A stretch of 64,000 nucleotides of DNA from a bacterium (GTDB lineage Bacteria; Patescibacteriota; UBA1384; JAGGWG01): positions 1,110 through 65,109 of the forward strand of contig JAGGWG010000020.1 of the NCBI GenBank assembly GCA_021157605.1, in the 5' to 3' direction. The stretch's first letter is position 1. Each line of letters opens with the position of its first letter. The notes under the pieces are model-generated. The model ran no database searches and had not been told where the DNA came from. It worked only from the letters and a program-made list of their open reading frames with translations. Made by a program: the position numbers and the translations under genes. This document shows positions 37,666 to 46,543 of this stretch, one piece after another.

Positions 37666-38298
37666 TCAAGCAATTTTGCGCTCTACTGATTCTAAAATAG
37701 CTCTATACCTTACATTGTGGGGCTCGATTTCAAGCGCCTGCTTTATTGCCTCTCTTGCTTCCTTAAAACGTTCTAAACCAACCAGAGCCAAAGCCAAATC
37801 AGCCCAACGGTAAGCAATTTTATTGTTAAAATGCAGAGCCTTATCAAAGCTTTCAGCTGCCTGACGATAATCTTTATTTTTCAAAAAAGCTAAACCTAAA
37901 GCATGGTAGTAAAATCCATTTTCTGAATCTCGTCTAATAGCTGTTTTTAAAGCAGAAATAGCATTTTTGTATTTCTTCTGTTCAAGATACAAAAGACCCA
38001 ACTCATAAAAAACTACTGCTTTTTGAGAAAAAATACCCAATAGTTTTAGCAAAACCTTTTCCGCCTTATCTACTTCACCTTTACGTTTCAAACTTCTCAC
38101 TTTTTCTAAAGCCTTTTCAAGCTTCAATTTTTTCTTTAACAAAGTTTCTCTTTTTTTCTTTTGATTCTGTAGTTTAGATGAAAGAGGAGTTTTAACTAAA
38201 CTCTGTTCACTTACACCTTGAGAAGCAATTAAATGAAAACGTTTAAAAAGAACAACTAAAATAACACTAAGGATCAAAACCAAAACAACTTGCAGCAT
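37666..38298 (-). CDS. Tetratricopeptide-repeat protein with N-terminal TM anchor
   Basis: Repeated TPR-like 34-residue units (AxxYxxLGxxYxxxGxYxxAIxxxxKAL pattern) read by eye; N-terminal hydrophobic helix. Confidence 0.7.
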   Translation of the reverse strand: MLQVVLVLILSVILVVLFKRFHLIASQGVSEQSLVKTPLSSKLQNQKKKRETLLKKKLKLEKALEKVRSLKRKGEVDKAEKVLLKLLGIFSQKAVVFYELGLLYLEQKKYKNAISALKTAIRRDSENGFYYHALGLAFLKNKDYRQAAESFDKALHFNNKIAYRWADLALALVGLERFKEAREAIKQALEIEPHNVRYRAILESVERKIA

Positions 38299-38311
38299 AA
38301 CTTTAAATAAG

Positions 38312-39118
38312 TTAGTTTTTTTTGGGAACTACCTGGTCAGCTTTTACTACTGCTGTTCCTCCGTCTTTAAAACGCACCACAACCTCTCTAGTCAAGATAT
38401 TACCAGAAATTACCTCCCCCTCTTTGTCTCCAATTTTAACAGCTGTTCCTATCTTTGGCAACTTTTTGGCTTCTTCTTTATAAACCCCTTGTTCATAAAG
38501 CAGACAGCAACGCAAACGACCACATACCCCTTTAGACTTCTCTCTTGAAGCAACAGCTGACAACTGCTCTTTAACCATATCTGGAGTAATCTTAACTAAA
38601 TTTGATAAAAACCTTTGGCAACAAAGCTCTTGTCCACAAATCCCAATCCCTCCTTTAATCAAAGCAGACTGGCGAGGAGTAATCTGTTGCAAACGAATTA
38701 CCTGAGGAAAAAGAGAAATAAGCTCTCTTAAAAGCTCTCTAAAGTCAATCCTTTGCGGAGCAGTATAGTAAAAAATAAGCCTTTTTTGATCAAAAGTAAT
38801 ATATGCCTTTATAGGTTTCATCCCTTCTTTATCTAATTTATATTTTTTTACGAGATCGCTAAAAACTTTAAAGGATTTCTTTTCTTTAATTTTCGCGTTC
38901 AATAAATAAGTTTCAAGTTCTTTTTCTTTGCCGCTTAAAAAACGAATGATTTTTCCTTTAACTTCTTTCTTGTCTGGATGCTTAACCAAACCTAAAACCC
39001 TTCCAATTTCACGCCCCCACTCACTTTCTACTACAGCGTAAGGTTCTATCTTTCCTTCAAACTCAAAAATGCCTCTTTCTTCTCCTCCTCTTGTTTGCAA
39101 AAGAATATATTTCTTCAT
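38312..39118 (-). CDS. ricT: PSP1 C-terminal domain protein (RicT/YaaT-like, Cys-rich)
   Basis: CGRLRCCLLYE and GICGQELCCQRF motifs characteristic of YaaT/RicT; conserved position directly downstream of holB. Confidence 0.65.
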   Translation of the reverse strand: MKKYILLQTRGGEERGIFEFEGKIEPYAVVESEWGREIGRVLGLVKHPDKKEVKGKIIRFLSGKEKELETYLLNAKIKEKKSFKVFSDLVKKYKLDKEGMKPIKAYITFDQKRLIFYYTAPQRIDFRELLRELISLFPQVIRLQQITPRQSALIKGGIGICGQELCCQRFLSNLVKITPDMVKEQLSAVASREKSKGVCGRLRCCLLYEQGVYKEEAKKLPKIGTAVKIGDKEGEVISGNILTREVVVRFKDGGTAVVKADQVVPKKN

Positions 39119-39771
39119 ACTTTATTTAATTTTCTCTTTTTTAATAGAATATAAAGGTTTAACCAAAAAAGATCCAGATTTATATTAATTTTTTTAGCTT
39201 GGAGATAAGCAGACAGAATAATCGGCAAAAAAATCTTATTCTTCTCTTTTCTTAAAGCTAAAAGCCATGAAAAAAGCAACTTTTTAAGCTCTTCTCTATT
39301 TTTAGGTTTATCCTGCATCCAGCTGTCTAGATTAATTAATTCTAAATGGTTATCTTTTTCATCTTGAGTAAAGTAAAAATAGTACTTCTGACAACGAGAA
39401 AGAACGGTTTCCAAAACCCCCTCTTCTGAAGAAGCAAAAAGAATATACACTTGCCCAACTCTTGTTTCCTCTAATGCCTTTAAAAGTGCGTTTTGAACAC
39501 TTTTGTTGGCAAGATTAAAGTGTTTTAGAGCCAAAACCTTAAAATCCGAAATGGGTTTTTTCTCCATTTTTGATAACAAAAAACGAACTGAGTCCACTTT
39601 TTCTTCTCCCGGCTCAAGCCAGTCTAAAACCTGAAGCCTCTTGCTGTTAAAAAGCTCTTTCTTTAAAAACTGGCTGCAGCTTTCCATCTCTTTTTCTGGC
39701 ACAAACAACAAAAAACTGCCTTTTTTCTCTGTCTTTATCTTTTGGACAAACTCTTTTAGTTGTTTTTCCAT
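39115..39771 (-). CDS. holB: DNA polymerase III delta-prime subunit-like clamp-loader protein (HolB-like, no Walker A)
   Basis: NALLKALEE and LSRCQ (sensor-2 SRC) motifs. The track ORF extends to 39837 through an unlikely hydrophobic leader, so the start is set at the internal Met (cat at 39769-39771). Confidence 0.65.
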   Translation of the reverse strand: MEKQLKEFVQKIKTEKKGSFLLFVPEKEMESCSQFLKKELFNSKRLQVLDWLEPGEEKVDSVRFLLSKMEKKPISDFKVLALKHFNLANKSVQNALLKALEETRVGQVYILFASSEEGVLETVLSRCQKYYFYFTQDEKDNHLELINLDSWMQDKPKNREELKKLLFSWLLALRKEKNKIFLPIILSAYLQAKKININLDLFWLNLYILLKKRKLNKV

Positions 39772-39811
39772 AAATACATTAATATAATGAAACAAGAAAA
39801 AAAGAAAAACA

Positions 39812-40132
39812 ATGGCAGAAGAAATCAAAACAGACAAAACTATTATTTGCGCTAAATGTAATAAACCATTTGTTTGGTCTAAAGAAGAACAAGCTTACTA
39901 TCAAAAAATTGGACTTAAACATGAACCCAAACTCTGCCCCAAGTGTCGCGAGGAAAGAAAAAAAATGAAAGCCAAGGAAATAACCTGCCTTAAGTGCGGA
40001 AGAAAAGGGCATATACGGGGAGAGATACCTGATCTAAAGGGCTATTGTGAGCCTTGTTTTGAAGAAATTATTCAAGAGGCAAAAAATAAAGGGGAAGAGA
40101 TTAAAGAAATTCGCGAACCAGAAAAACAATAA
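39812..40132 (+). CDS. Zinc-ribbon protein with four CxxC pairs (two tandem ribbons), Lys/Glu-rich
   Basis: CAKCNK...CPKCREE and CLKCGRKG...CEPCFEE; 106 aa, divergent from holB. Confidence 0.5.
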   Translation: MAEEIKTDKTIICAKCNKPFVWSKEEQAYYQKIGLKHEPKLCPKCREERKKMKAKEITCLKCGRKGHIRGEIPDLKGYCEPCFEEIIQEAKNKGEEIKEIREPEKQ

Positions 40133-40140
40133 AACAAAAC

Positions 40141-40335
40141 TTACTTTATTTTTATCTTCTCCTCTTGTAAAAGCTTTTTACGACACTTTGTACAGATTTT
40201 AAGCCTCTGCCACTTCCCCTTATAAAAAACCAAAGCCTTTTGGATGTTGGGCTTAAATCGTCTGATCGCACGTTTTTTTGAATAACTTACGCTTCTGCCT
40301 TTTGCCGGTTTTTTCCCGCAGATTTCACATCTCAT
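40141..40335 (-). CDS. rpmB: 50S ribosomal protein L28
   Basis: MRCEICGKKPAKGRSVSYSKKRAIRRFKPNIQKA fits the L28 N-terminal pattern (C.ITGK....G..VSHS..KT.R.F.PNLQ). Confidence 0.7.
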   Translation of the reverse strand: MRCEICGKKPAKGRSVSYSKKRAIRRFKPNIQKALVFYKGKWQRLKICTKCRKKLLQEEKIKIK

Positions 40336-40397
40336 AATATAGCATTTTAAAAAATACTTAGTTAGAATAACAAAGAAAGATTAAATAATCAAGATAA

Positions 40398-41048
40398 ATG
40401 CTTATTCTTAATGTTCTTTCTAATCCTTTATTGGCCATTGCTTTTTTAGTGGGTATTCTTTTGGCTATTTCTGTCCATGAATTTGCCCATGCTTTAGCAG
40501 CTGTTAGAGCCGGAGACCTTACTCCAAAATTAGCCGGCCGCCTAACTTTAAATCCCCTTGCCCATTTAGATCCTTTGGGAACTCTATTTTTGCTCTTGGC
40601 TGGGTTTGGCTGGGGCAAACCTGTGCCAATTAACCCTTTTAATCTGCCTAATCCTCAAAAAAGCCAGGCATGGATAGCTTTAGCTGGTCCTTTAGCTAAC
40701 ATTATTTTAGCTCTTATTTTAGCTATACCCATTAGGCTCTCCCACTTTGGACTATGGCCAGAAGGATTAATAGCAGCACAAATTATACAAATACTGCAAA
40801 TAATTATTGAGCTCAATCTGCTTTTAGCGGTTTTTAACCTTTTGCCAATCCCTCCTCTTGACGGTTCAAAAATAATCTTTGCCTTTGTTTCTCAAGAGAC
40901 TCAAGTAGCTATTGAACAGATTGGACCTTGGGTTTTGTTTGCTCTGCTTTTTCTTTCCTTTGCCACCCCTGTAAATATCTTTTCTGCCACCCTTTTCCCT
41001 CTAATCCAATATCTAAACTATCTTATCACCGCTTTTCCCTTTAGCTGA
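40398..41048 (+). CDS. Site-2 protease family (peptidase M50-like) intramembrane metalloprotease
   Basis: HEFAHALAA (HExxH) in a TM helix plus NLLPIPPLDGSKI (the LDG motif) in a later TM; multi-TM, 216 aa. Confidence 0.75.
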   Translation: MLILNVLSNPLLAIAFLVGILLAISVHEFAHALAAVRAGDLTPKLAGRLTLNPLAHLDPLGTLFLLLAGFGWGKPVPINPFNLPNPQKSQAWIALAGPLANIILALILAIPIRLSHFGLWPEGLIAAQIIQILQIIIELNLLLAVFNLLPIPPLDGSKIIFAFVSQETQVAIEQIGPWVLFALLFLSFATPVNIFSATLFPLIQYLNYLITAFPFS

Positions 41049-41146
41049 CTTTATAATTTAAAAGCCTCCCAAGAAACGTTCTGGACAGGCTTTGGTTTAA
41101 GTGGGATCCCGCATCTGCCTGCCACAGCAAGCAGAGATGTTGGGAA

Positions 41147-41180
41147 CCCCGCTGTAAATTTAGAATAATTTACGGCGGGG
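41147..41180 (+). other. 14-bp stem hairpin (ccccgctgtaaatt / aatttacggcgggg) inside a locally GC-rich ~150-nt noncoding patch (41090-41240); candidate structured RNA or riboswitch-like leader of the downstream gene
   Basis: Pairing read from the sequence. Flanked by further GC-rich segments (gggatcccgcatctgcctgcc..., ...catccgcaaaggactccc) that contrast with the AT-rich surroundings. Confidence 0.25.
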
Positions 41181-41320
41181 CATCCGCAAAGGACTCCCTT
41201 AAGAAACATTTTGACCCTGTCAGAATCGATCTTGAGAGGCGTTTTAATTTTAAAATAAAAAATAATTATTTTCAAAATCTCAATTGCCAATATTTCTTTT
41301 TTTGGCTAACATATAAATTA

Positions 41321-43345
41321 ATGCAAAGCCAAATTGCCAAAATCATTACTTCTCCAAAAATAGAATCCCGTTATTTTTTAACAGGTAGCTACACCCCCAG
41401 AGAAGAAAATCTAATTCAAAAAGGAACAATATTTTGGCTTATAGAGATAACTGCTCCGGGACAGGAAAAAATAGCTTCTCTAATTATCAAACGTTTTAAA
41501 CAATACTACACCCAAAAAGAAGACGGGCTTTGGGGTTTTGAAGCAGTATTAAAAAAGATAAACCGCCGTTTAGGTAAAGAACTACAACATAAAAACAGCA
41601 GTTGGGTTAATCATTTAAATGCAGTTCTGGGGTTAATTCAGGACAACTCTTTACATCTTGCCCCTACTGGCGAAGCAACTGCTTATCTTTTTAGAGAAAA
41701 CAAGATCTCCAATATTCTGGAAGTAGAAGAATCACCCCCGCCTTTACAAACCTTTATCAGCGTTATTTCAGGCGACCTACAACCTAATGACAAGGTCTTT
41801 CTGGGCAGCAGCGAGTTTTCTTCATATATGACTATTGAAACTTTAGCGGATTTTTTAAACTCCCCTACTGAAAAAGCGCTCCAAGAGATCGCCAACTACT
41901 TCAGAGAGAGAAATTTAAGAAAAATAAACGCTCTTATTGTTGACTGCTCTGAACAGCCGCTACATGTAGACACAATTTATTTAGACCAAGCCCCTGAAAA
42001 CAACTGGCAGAAAACGCTTAAATTTATTAAACAGAGCAAAGAAAAACTCTTTGTTTTAATCAACCAAGCAGCTTTAAACATTGGCTCCCAAGAATTAAAA
42101 TGGCTAAAAAAATACTGGCAAAATAAAAAAAATATCGAAACTGAAAAAAAATCTGCTTTTGTTGGCTCAGCTTTAAAAATAGAGGCAGTTAAAAAAATTA
42201 GCGGCTTAAGCAGTTTTTTTGCACAAAAGAAATTTAGGGAATTTTTGCAAAAACACAGAAGAAATATCACTTTGGTTGCTATTATTTTAACTCTTATAGC
42301 CTTTGCTTCTCTTACTGTTTGGCAAAAAAGCGGCTCCCACAAAAAAGACTTAATAGCTAAATTCGAACAAGCGCAAAAATTAGTAGAAGAAGCTAAAATA
42401 AAAAAGACAACCCGACAAACAGAAGAAGCTTATAACCTCTTAAATCAAGCCGAATCATTAGCTAAAGAAGTAAAATCTTACGCTCCCCTTTCTTCGCAGG
42501 CAGAAGACTTAAGTAAAATTATTAATGAAGAACTTAATACTCTCACCAATACCATCCGCCTTTCGCCCTTAACCCCTATACTCAGCGACCTCAATTCTCA
42601 AGGCGAAGTGGAAACAGAAAAACTACTTAATCTAAACGGCAAAATTATTACTTACAATCTTAAACACAACCAATTTTTCAGCATTGACCCTGCCACTAAA
42701 AAAACAGAAACTTACTTTTATCTACCGCAAGCAGTTGGCAACCCAGAGAAAGCAACCTTATTTTCCAGCGATACCACCTATTTCTTTATCCAAACTAATC
42801 AACAAAGCTTTTTTCTCTATTCCACTAAAGACAAAAATTTAGTTGAAGCCCCTCAGGCAGGAAGTTTTGATTGGCCAGCTCAAATTAAAGATCTGCTTAA
42901 TTTCCGCAACCGCGTCTATTTCTTTACGCCCTCTGGACTCTGGCGCTCAAGCTATACTGCCTCTGGCTTTACCTCTCCGCACAAAGCTTTGGAAACAGAC
43001 CTAAATAATGCTCTCTCAGCAACTATTGACGGAGCTATTTACTTGCTTTTTCCTCAGGGAGAAATAAAAAAATTTTTAGCCGGAAAAGAAACAGACTTTA
43101 GTCTAAAAATACCTTTTTATTTAGATCTCTCCCAAGCAGATAAAATCTTTACCCAACCTGATTTAGGCTCTTTATTTATTTTAATTAAAAACCAAAGAAA
43201 AATCGTTGTTTTTGATAAAGCCGGTGAATTCAAACAACAGATTGTTTTTCCTGAGGAATGGGGCGAAATTCAAGACTTTATTGCCGATGTTTCTGGCAAC
43301 CTCTTTGTTTTAGCGCAAAACAAGATATACCAAACAAAGTACTAA
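41321..43345 (+). CDS. Hypothetical bitopic membrane protein (674 aa): cytoplasmic N-domain, central TM, extracytoplasmic C-domain with beta-propeller-like repeats
   Basis: TM at ~residues 310-335 (ITLVAIILTLIAFASLTVW); the C-terminal half carries recurring YFF, IYLLF and LFVLAQN beta-strand-like blocks; no family recognised. Confidence 0.6.
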   Translation: MQSQIAKIITSPKIESRYFLTGSYTPREENLIQKGTIFWLIEITAPGQEKIASLIIKRFKQYYTQKEDGLWGFEAVLKKINRRLGKELQHKNSSWVNHLNAVLGLIQDNSLHLAPTGEATAYLFRENKISNILEVEESPPPLQTFISVISGDLQPNDKVFLGSSEFSSYMTIETLADFLNSPTEKALQEIANYFRERNLRKINALIVDCSEQPLHVDTIYLDQAPENNWQKTLKFIKQSKEKLFVLINQAALNIGSQELKWLKKYWQNKKNIETEKKSAFVGSALKIEAVKKISGLSSFFAQKKFREFLQKHRRNITLVAIILTLIAFASLTVWQKSGSHKKDLIAKFEQAQKLVEEAKIKKTTRQTEEAYNLLNQAESLAKEVKSYAPLSSQAEDLSKIINEELNTLTNTIRLSPLTPILSDLNSQGEVETEKLLNLNGKIITYNLKHNQFFSIDPATKKTETYFYLPQAVGNPEKATLFSSDTTYFFIQTNQQSFFLYSTKDKNLVEAPQAGSFDWPAQIKDLLNFRNRVYFFTPSGLWRSSYTASGFTSPHKALETDLNNALSATIDGAIYLLFPQGEIKKFLAGKETDFSLKIPFYLDLSQADKIFTQPDLGSLFILIKNQRKIVVFDKAGEFKQQIVFPEEWGEIQDFIADVSGNLFVLAQNKIYQTKY

Positions 43346-43351
43346 TAAAAA

Positions 43352-43379
43352 AGACCAGAAGAAATCTTTCTTCTGGTCT
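43352..43379 (-). terminator. Intrinsic terminator: perfect 13-bp stem (agaccagaagaaa / tttcttctggtct) followed on the minus strand by TTTTTT; probably bidirectional between convergent genes
   Basis: Read from the sequence. The A-run on the plus strand at 43346-43351 becomes the U-run for the minus-strand tyrS-argS transcript. Confidence 0.5.
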
Positions 43380-43388
43380 TGAGAAATT

Positions 43389-43595
43389 CTATTCCGCCGG
43401 AGACAAAAAAGCATAAGTCTCCGGTACCTCCACATTGGTAAGAAACAAATGATGCCTATATCGATTTTCCAAAAGCTTCTTCTGCCTTATTCCCCTAATC
43501 TTCAGGAAATGAGACACCTCTTCCGGGAAAAACCCCTGCTCTCGCAGGTCAACATACCTCATAACCAAATTTGAATTAATCCTCATTCCCGACAC
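43389..43595 (-). CDS. Small hypothetical ORF (68 aa) downstream of argS; coding status doubtful
   Basis: Present in the ORF track only; lies in a locally GC-richer stretch with hairpins; no motif. Confidence 0.2.
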   Translation of the reverse strand: MSGMRINSNLVMRYVDLREQGFFPEEVSHFLKIRGIRQKKLLENRYRHHLFLTNVEVPETYAFLSPAE

Positions 43596-43675
43596 CTCCT
43601 TTTGGAAATGTGCTAATCAAACTATAACTCAAAAACCAAAAAAATCAAGACTACACCCCCTCGCTTAACCTCCCC

Positions 43676-45274
43676 TTACATCTTTTGGGGTAGATCAATA
43701 CCTAAAATTTGCGCTAAAACTTGAGCAGTCAAAAGAGCACCTTTAAGAATTTCAAAACGGGCTTTTTTAAGACCTAAATCTTTTTCGTCTTTAAGAGGAC
43801 AATTGTCGTAAAACCTGTGAAAACTCTCAGCAAAACGCAGTGCTTCTTCATAAATAAAATGCGGCTCTAAAAGCTGAGCGGTTTTGTAAATCTTATAAGG
43901 CAAAAGGACAAAACGCTTGATCAAATCCATTTCATAATCACCTAATTTTTTATAATTAGCCTCAACATTCGGCTCTTCCACTTTTGCTAAAATCCCATAA
44001 ATTCTGGCAGACATATACTTTAAATAGTAAACCGGACTTTTCTTAGCCTCTTTTTTAAAAAGGTCCAAATCAAAATCAAGAGGAGCATTTAAAGTTCGGC
44101 TTAAGAGATAAACCTTAAAAACATCAGGCTCTACCAAATCCAAAACTTGATCAGCAGTGATATAAGTCCCTTTCCTTTTTGCCATTAATAAAACTTCCCC
44201 TGCTTTTTTTAACCGAACCGGCTGGTAAAAAACAATTTCAAGATTTGCTTTGGCATCCAAAACTTCTAAAGCCGCTTTAAGACGAGGCTTGTGGCCAAAA
44301 TGGTTAGCTCCCCAAACATCAATCATTTCTTCAGCCCCACGTTTAACCTTGTCCAAATGGTAAGCAATATCATTTAAAAAATAAGTTGGGCGGCCGTCAG
44401 AACGGACCAAAACACACTCTCTATCTCCCAGTAAATCTTTGTGTTTAGGGCTAATAAACCAAACTGCCCCCTCTTTTTTAAGAGTGCATCCTTTTTTATT
44501 AAGCTTTTTTAAAACCAAGTCGCTTTTTAAAGAGCTTTCATTGCTGACCACATCAAAACTGACCCCTATTTTTTTCAAAGTCTTAAATATATCAGCTAAA
44601 GAAAGGGAAATAACTTTTGGCCGCAGCTTCTCTTTTAATTTAGCTAAAGTTATCTTTTGGCTCTTAAAATCCTCTATCAAATCCTTAATTTCCCTCTTCT
44701 TTTTTAGCTTAAGAGCAATCTGACGTGGATAATCTCCCTTGTATCCCCCCTCAGGAAAACTATAAACACTACCTGCTAACCAATAAATCACGGTTTCTAG
44801 AAAATTCTCTGTTTGAGTGCCTAAATCATTGACATAATACTCTTTTATAACTTCATTTCCGCGCCAGCGAAAAACTTGAGAAAGAACCTCTCCGGCAGGA
44901 GCACCTCTTAAATTACCAAGATGTAAAGGACCGGTAGGATTAGCAGAAACAAACTCTAAATTAATTTTTTTCTTTCTGCCTTTAACTCGGAAAAAATCCT
45001 CCTTTTCTAAGAGCAAGCGCTTCAATTCCTTTATTAGAGCCTCTTTTTTAAAAAAGAAATTCAAAAAACCAGAACTAAACTCTACTCTAAAATCTGAAAA
45101 AAACTCTTTTATTTCACAAAGATAGGTATCAGCTATCTGTTGAGGGGATTTTTTCTTTTTTTTAGCCAAAACAAAAAATAAACTGCTTTCCAAATCAGCC
45201 ACTTTAGATTCTTTAAACTCAAAATCAAACTTAAATTTTTCTCTTAAACGCTGTTCCGCTTTTTCAATAAGCAT
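43676..45274 (-). CDS. argS: Arginyl-tRNA synthetase
   Basis: SANPTGPLHLGNLRGA (the ArgRS HIGH-region signature) and a C-terminal DALR-type anticodon-binding domain. Confidence 0.85.
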   Translation of the reverse strand: MLIEKAEQRLREKFKFDFEFKESKVADLESSLFFVLAKKKKKSPQQIADTYLCEIKEFFSDFRVEFSSGFLNFFFKKEALIKELKRLLLEKEDFFRVKGRKKKINLEFVSANPTGPLHLGNLRGAPAGEVLSQVFRWRGNEVIKEYYVNDLGTQTENFLETVIYWLAGSVYSFPEGGYKGDYPRQIALKLKKKREIKDLIEDFKSQKITLAKLKEKLRPKVISLSLADIFKTLKKIGVSFDVVSNESSLKSDLVLKKLNKKGCTLKKEGAVWFISPKHKDLLGDRECVLVRSDGRPTYFLNDIAYHLDKVKRGAEEMIDVWGANHFGHKPRLKAALEVLDAKANLEIVFYQPVRLKKAGEVLLMAKRKGTYITADQVLDLVEPDVFKVYLLSRTLNAPLDFDLDLFKKEAKKSPVYYLKYMSARIYGILAKVEEPNVEANYKKLGDYEMDLIKRFVLLPYKIYKTAQLLEPHFIYEEALRFAESFHRFYDNCPLKDEKDLGLKKARFEILKGALLTAQVLAQILGIDLPQKM

Positions 45275-45275
45275 C

Positions 45276-46460
45276 TTAGACCTTGATTTTTTTAAATCTA
45301 TACTTGCCTACCCGCACTATCTCACCTCCTCTAAGTTTAATCACTTTAAAAGGGTTGTCTATTATAGAACCATCAATCTCTACTGCCTTTTGCTCAATAA
45401 GGCGCTGGGCTTCTGACTTGGAGGAAACTAATCCTAAAGCGACCAACAAATCTTTAGCTAAATATTCTTTATTTTCTAAAACCACCTCCTCTACTTCTTG
45501 AGGAGTTTTGTTTTGGGAAAAAACTTTAACAAAATACTCTTTTGCTTTTTGAGCCTCTTTTTTCCCTTTTAAATCTTGAACTATTTCTAAAGCTAAGCGC
45601 ATCTTAATATCTCTGGGATTTCCTCCTTTGGTTAAAGATTTTTTGAGTAAATCAATTTCTTCTCTGGGTACATCAGTCAGCATTTCAAAATACTCAAAAA
45701 TTAGACCATCAGGGATAGACATAATCTTGGCAAAGATTTCTTGGGCAGGAAGAGCAAGAGGAATATCATTACCTAAACTTTGACTCATCTTCTCTTTACC
45801 ATCTGTGCCTGTCAAAATTTTCAATAAAACTACTTCCTGCGGAGTTTGTCCTAACTCTTTTTGTATTTCCCGTCCCAAAAGCTCATTAAATTTCTGATCT
45901 GTACCTCCTAAAGCCACGTCTGCTTCAAGAACCACTGAATCATAAGCCTGAAGCACAGGGTACAACAACTCATGCATTCTTATAGGTTTATTCTTTTTAA
46001 TCCTCTCCTGAAACATATCCCTTTCAATCAGACGAGCATAGTTAAAGCGAGACACAATCTGCAAAAACTTTTCCAAATTCATCTTATCATACCATTCGCT
46101 GTTATCTCTTACTTCAATTCTTTTCATATCTAAAACAAGCCTTGCCTGATCTAAATAAGAACGCGCCATCTTCTCTACTTCTTTTTTAGGCCGCAATTCT
46201 CTGACTTTAAGCTTATCAGTAGGATCACCAAATCTGGCTGTAAAGCCGCCGATTAAAAGAATAACTTTGTGCCCCAATTCCTGAAACTGCCGTAGCTTTC
46301 TTAAAACAGCATAATGGCCCAAGTGTAAATCAGCTGTAGTTGGATCTACACCATATTTAACCCGTAAAGGCTGATCTTGGCGCAACCTTTCCCGCAAAGC
46401 TGATTCTGAAATAATCTCTTCCACACCCCGACTAAATAAAAAATCTATTTTTTCTTCCAT
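45276..46460 (-). CDS. tyrS: Tyrosyl-tRNA synthetase (KMSQS variant, C-terminal S4 domain)
   Basis: YGVDPTTADLHLGHYAVL (HIGH), GGTDQKFN, EKMSQSLGN, and a C-terminal S4-like RNA-binding domain (LLVALGLVSSKSEAQRLIEQKAV). TrpS is a less likely alternative. Confidence 0.7.
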   Translation of the reverse strand: MEEKIDFLFSRGVEEIISESALRERLRQDQPLRVKYGVDPTTADLHLGHYAVLRKLRQFQELGHKVILLIGGFTARFGDPTDKLKVRELRPKKEVEKMARSYLDQARLVLDMKRIEVRDNSEWYDKMNLEKFLQIVSRFNYARLIERDMFQERIKKNKPIRMHELLYPVLQAYDSVVLEADVALGGTDQKFNELLGREIQKELGQTPQEVVLLKILTGTDGKEKMSQSLGNDIPLALPAQEIFAKIMSIPDGLIFEYFEMLTDVPREEIDLLKKSLTKGGNPRDIKMRLALEIVQDLKGKKEAQKAKEYFVKVFSQNKTPQEVEEVVLENKEYLAKDLLVALGLVSSKSEAQRLIEQKAVEIDGSIIDNPFKVIKLRGGEIVRVGKYRFKKIKV

Positions 46461-46543
46461 ACCTAATTAAAATAATAGAAAAAAAGGCAATAAACAAGAG
46501 GGGGTTTGTGGGAGAATAAATCTTTGTCTATAATATTAAAGAG

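Noticed and set aside
41051-41290. 79-aa minus-strand ORF between the M50 protease and the 674-aa gene
   Set aside because: It coincides with the GC-rich hairpin-rich patch, has no SD or start context and a Cys/Gly-odd composition; more likely an RNA element than a CDS.
41090-43680. tmRNA, RNase P RNA or SRP RNA in the two GC-rich intergenic patches
   Set aside because: Looked for tRNA-like T-loop (GGTTCGA/TCGAACC), RNase P CR-I/CR-V boxes and SRP domain-IV GGAA/AGCAGC patterns; none matched convincingly, so the patches are reported only as unassigned structured elements.
45276-46460. Calling this class-I synthetase TrpS because of its KMSQS motif
   Set aside because: The GGTDQ(K)FN block and the C-terminal S4-like domain favour TyrRS; TrpRS lacks the S4 domain and is shorter.
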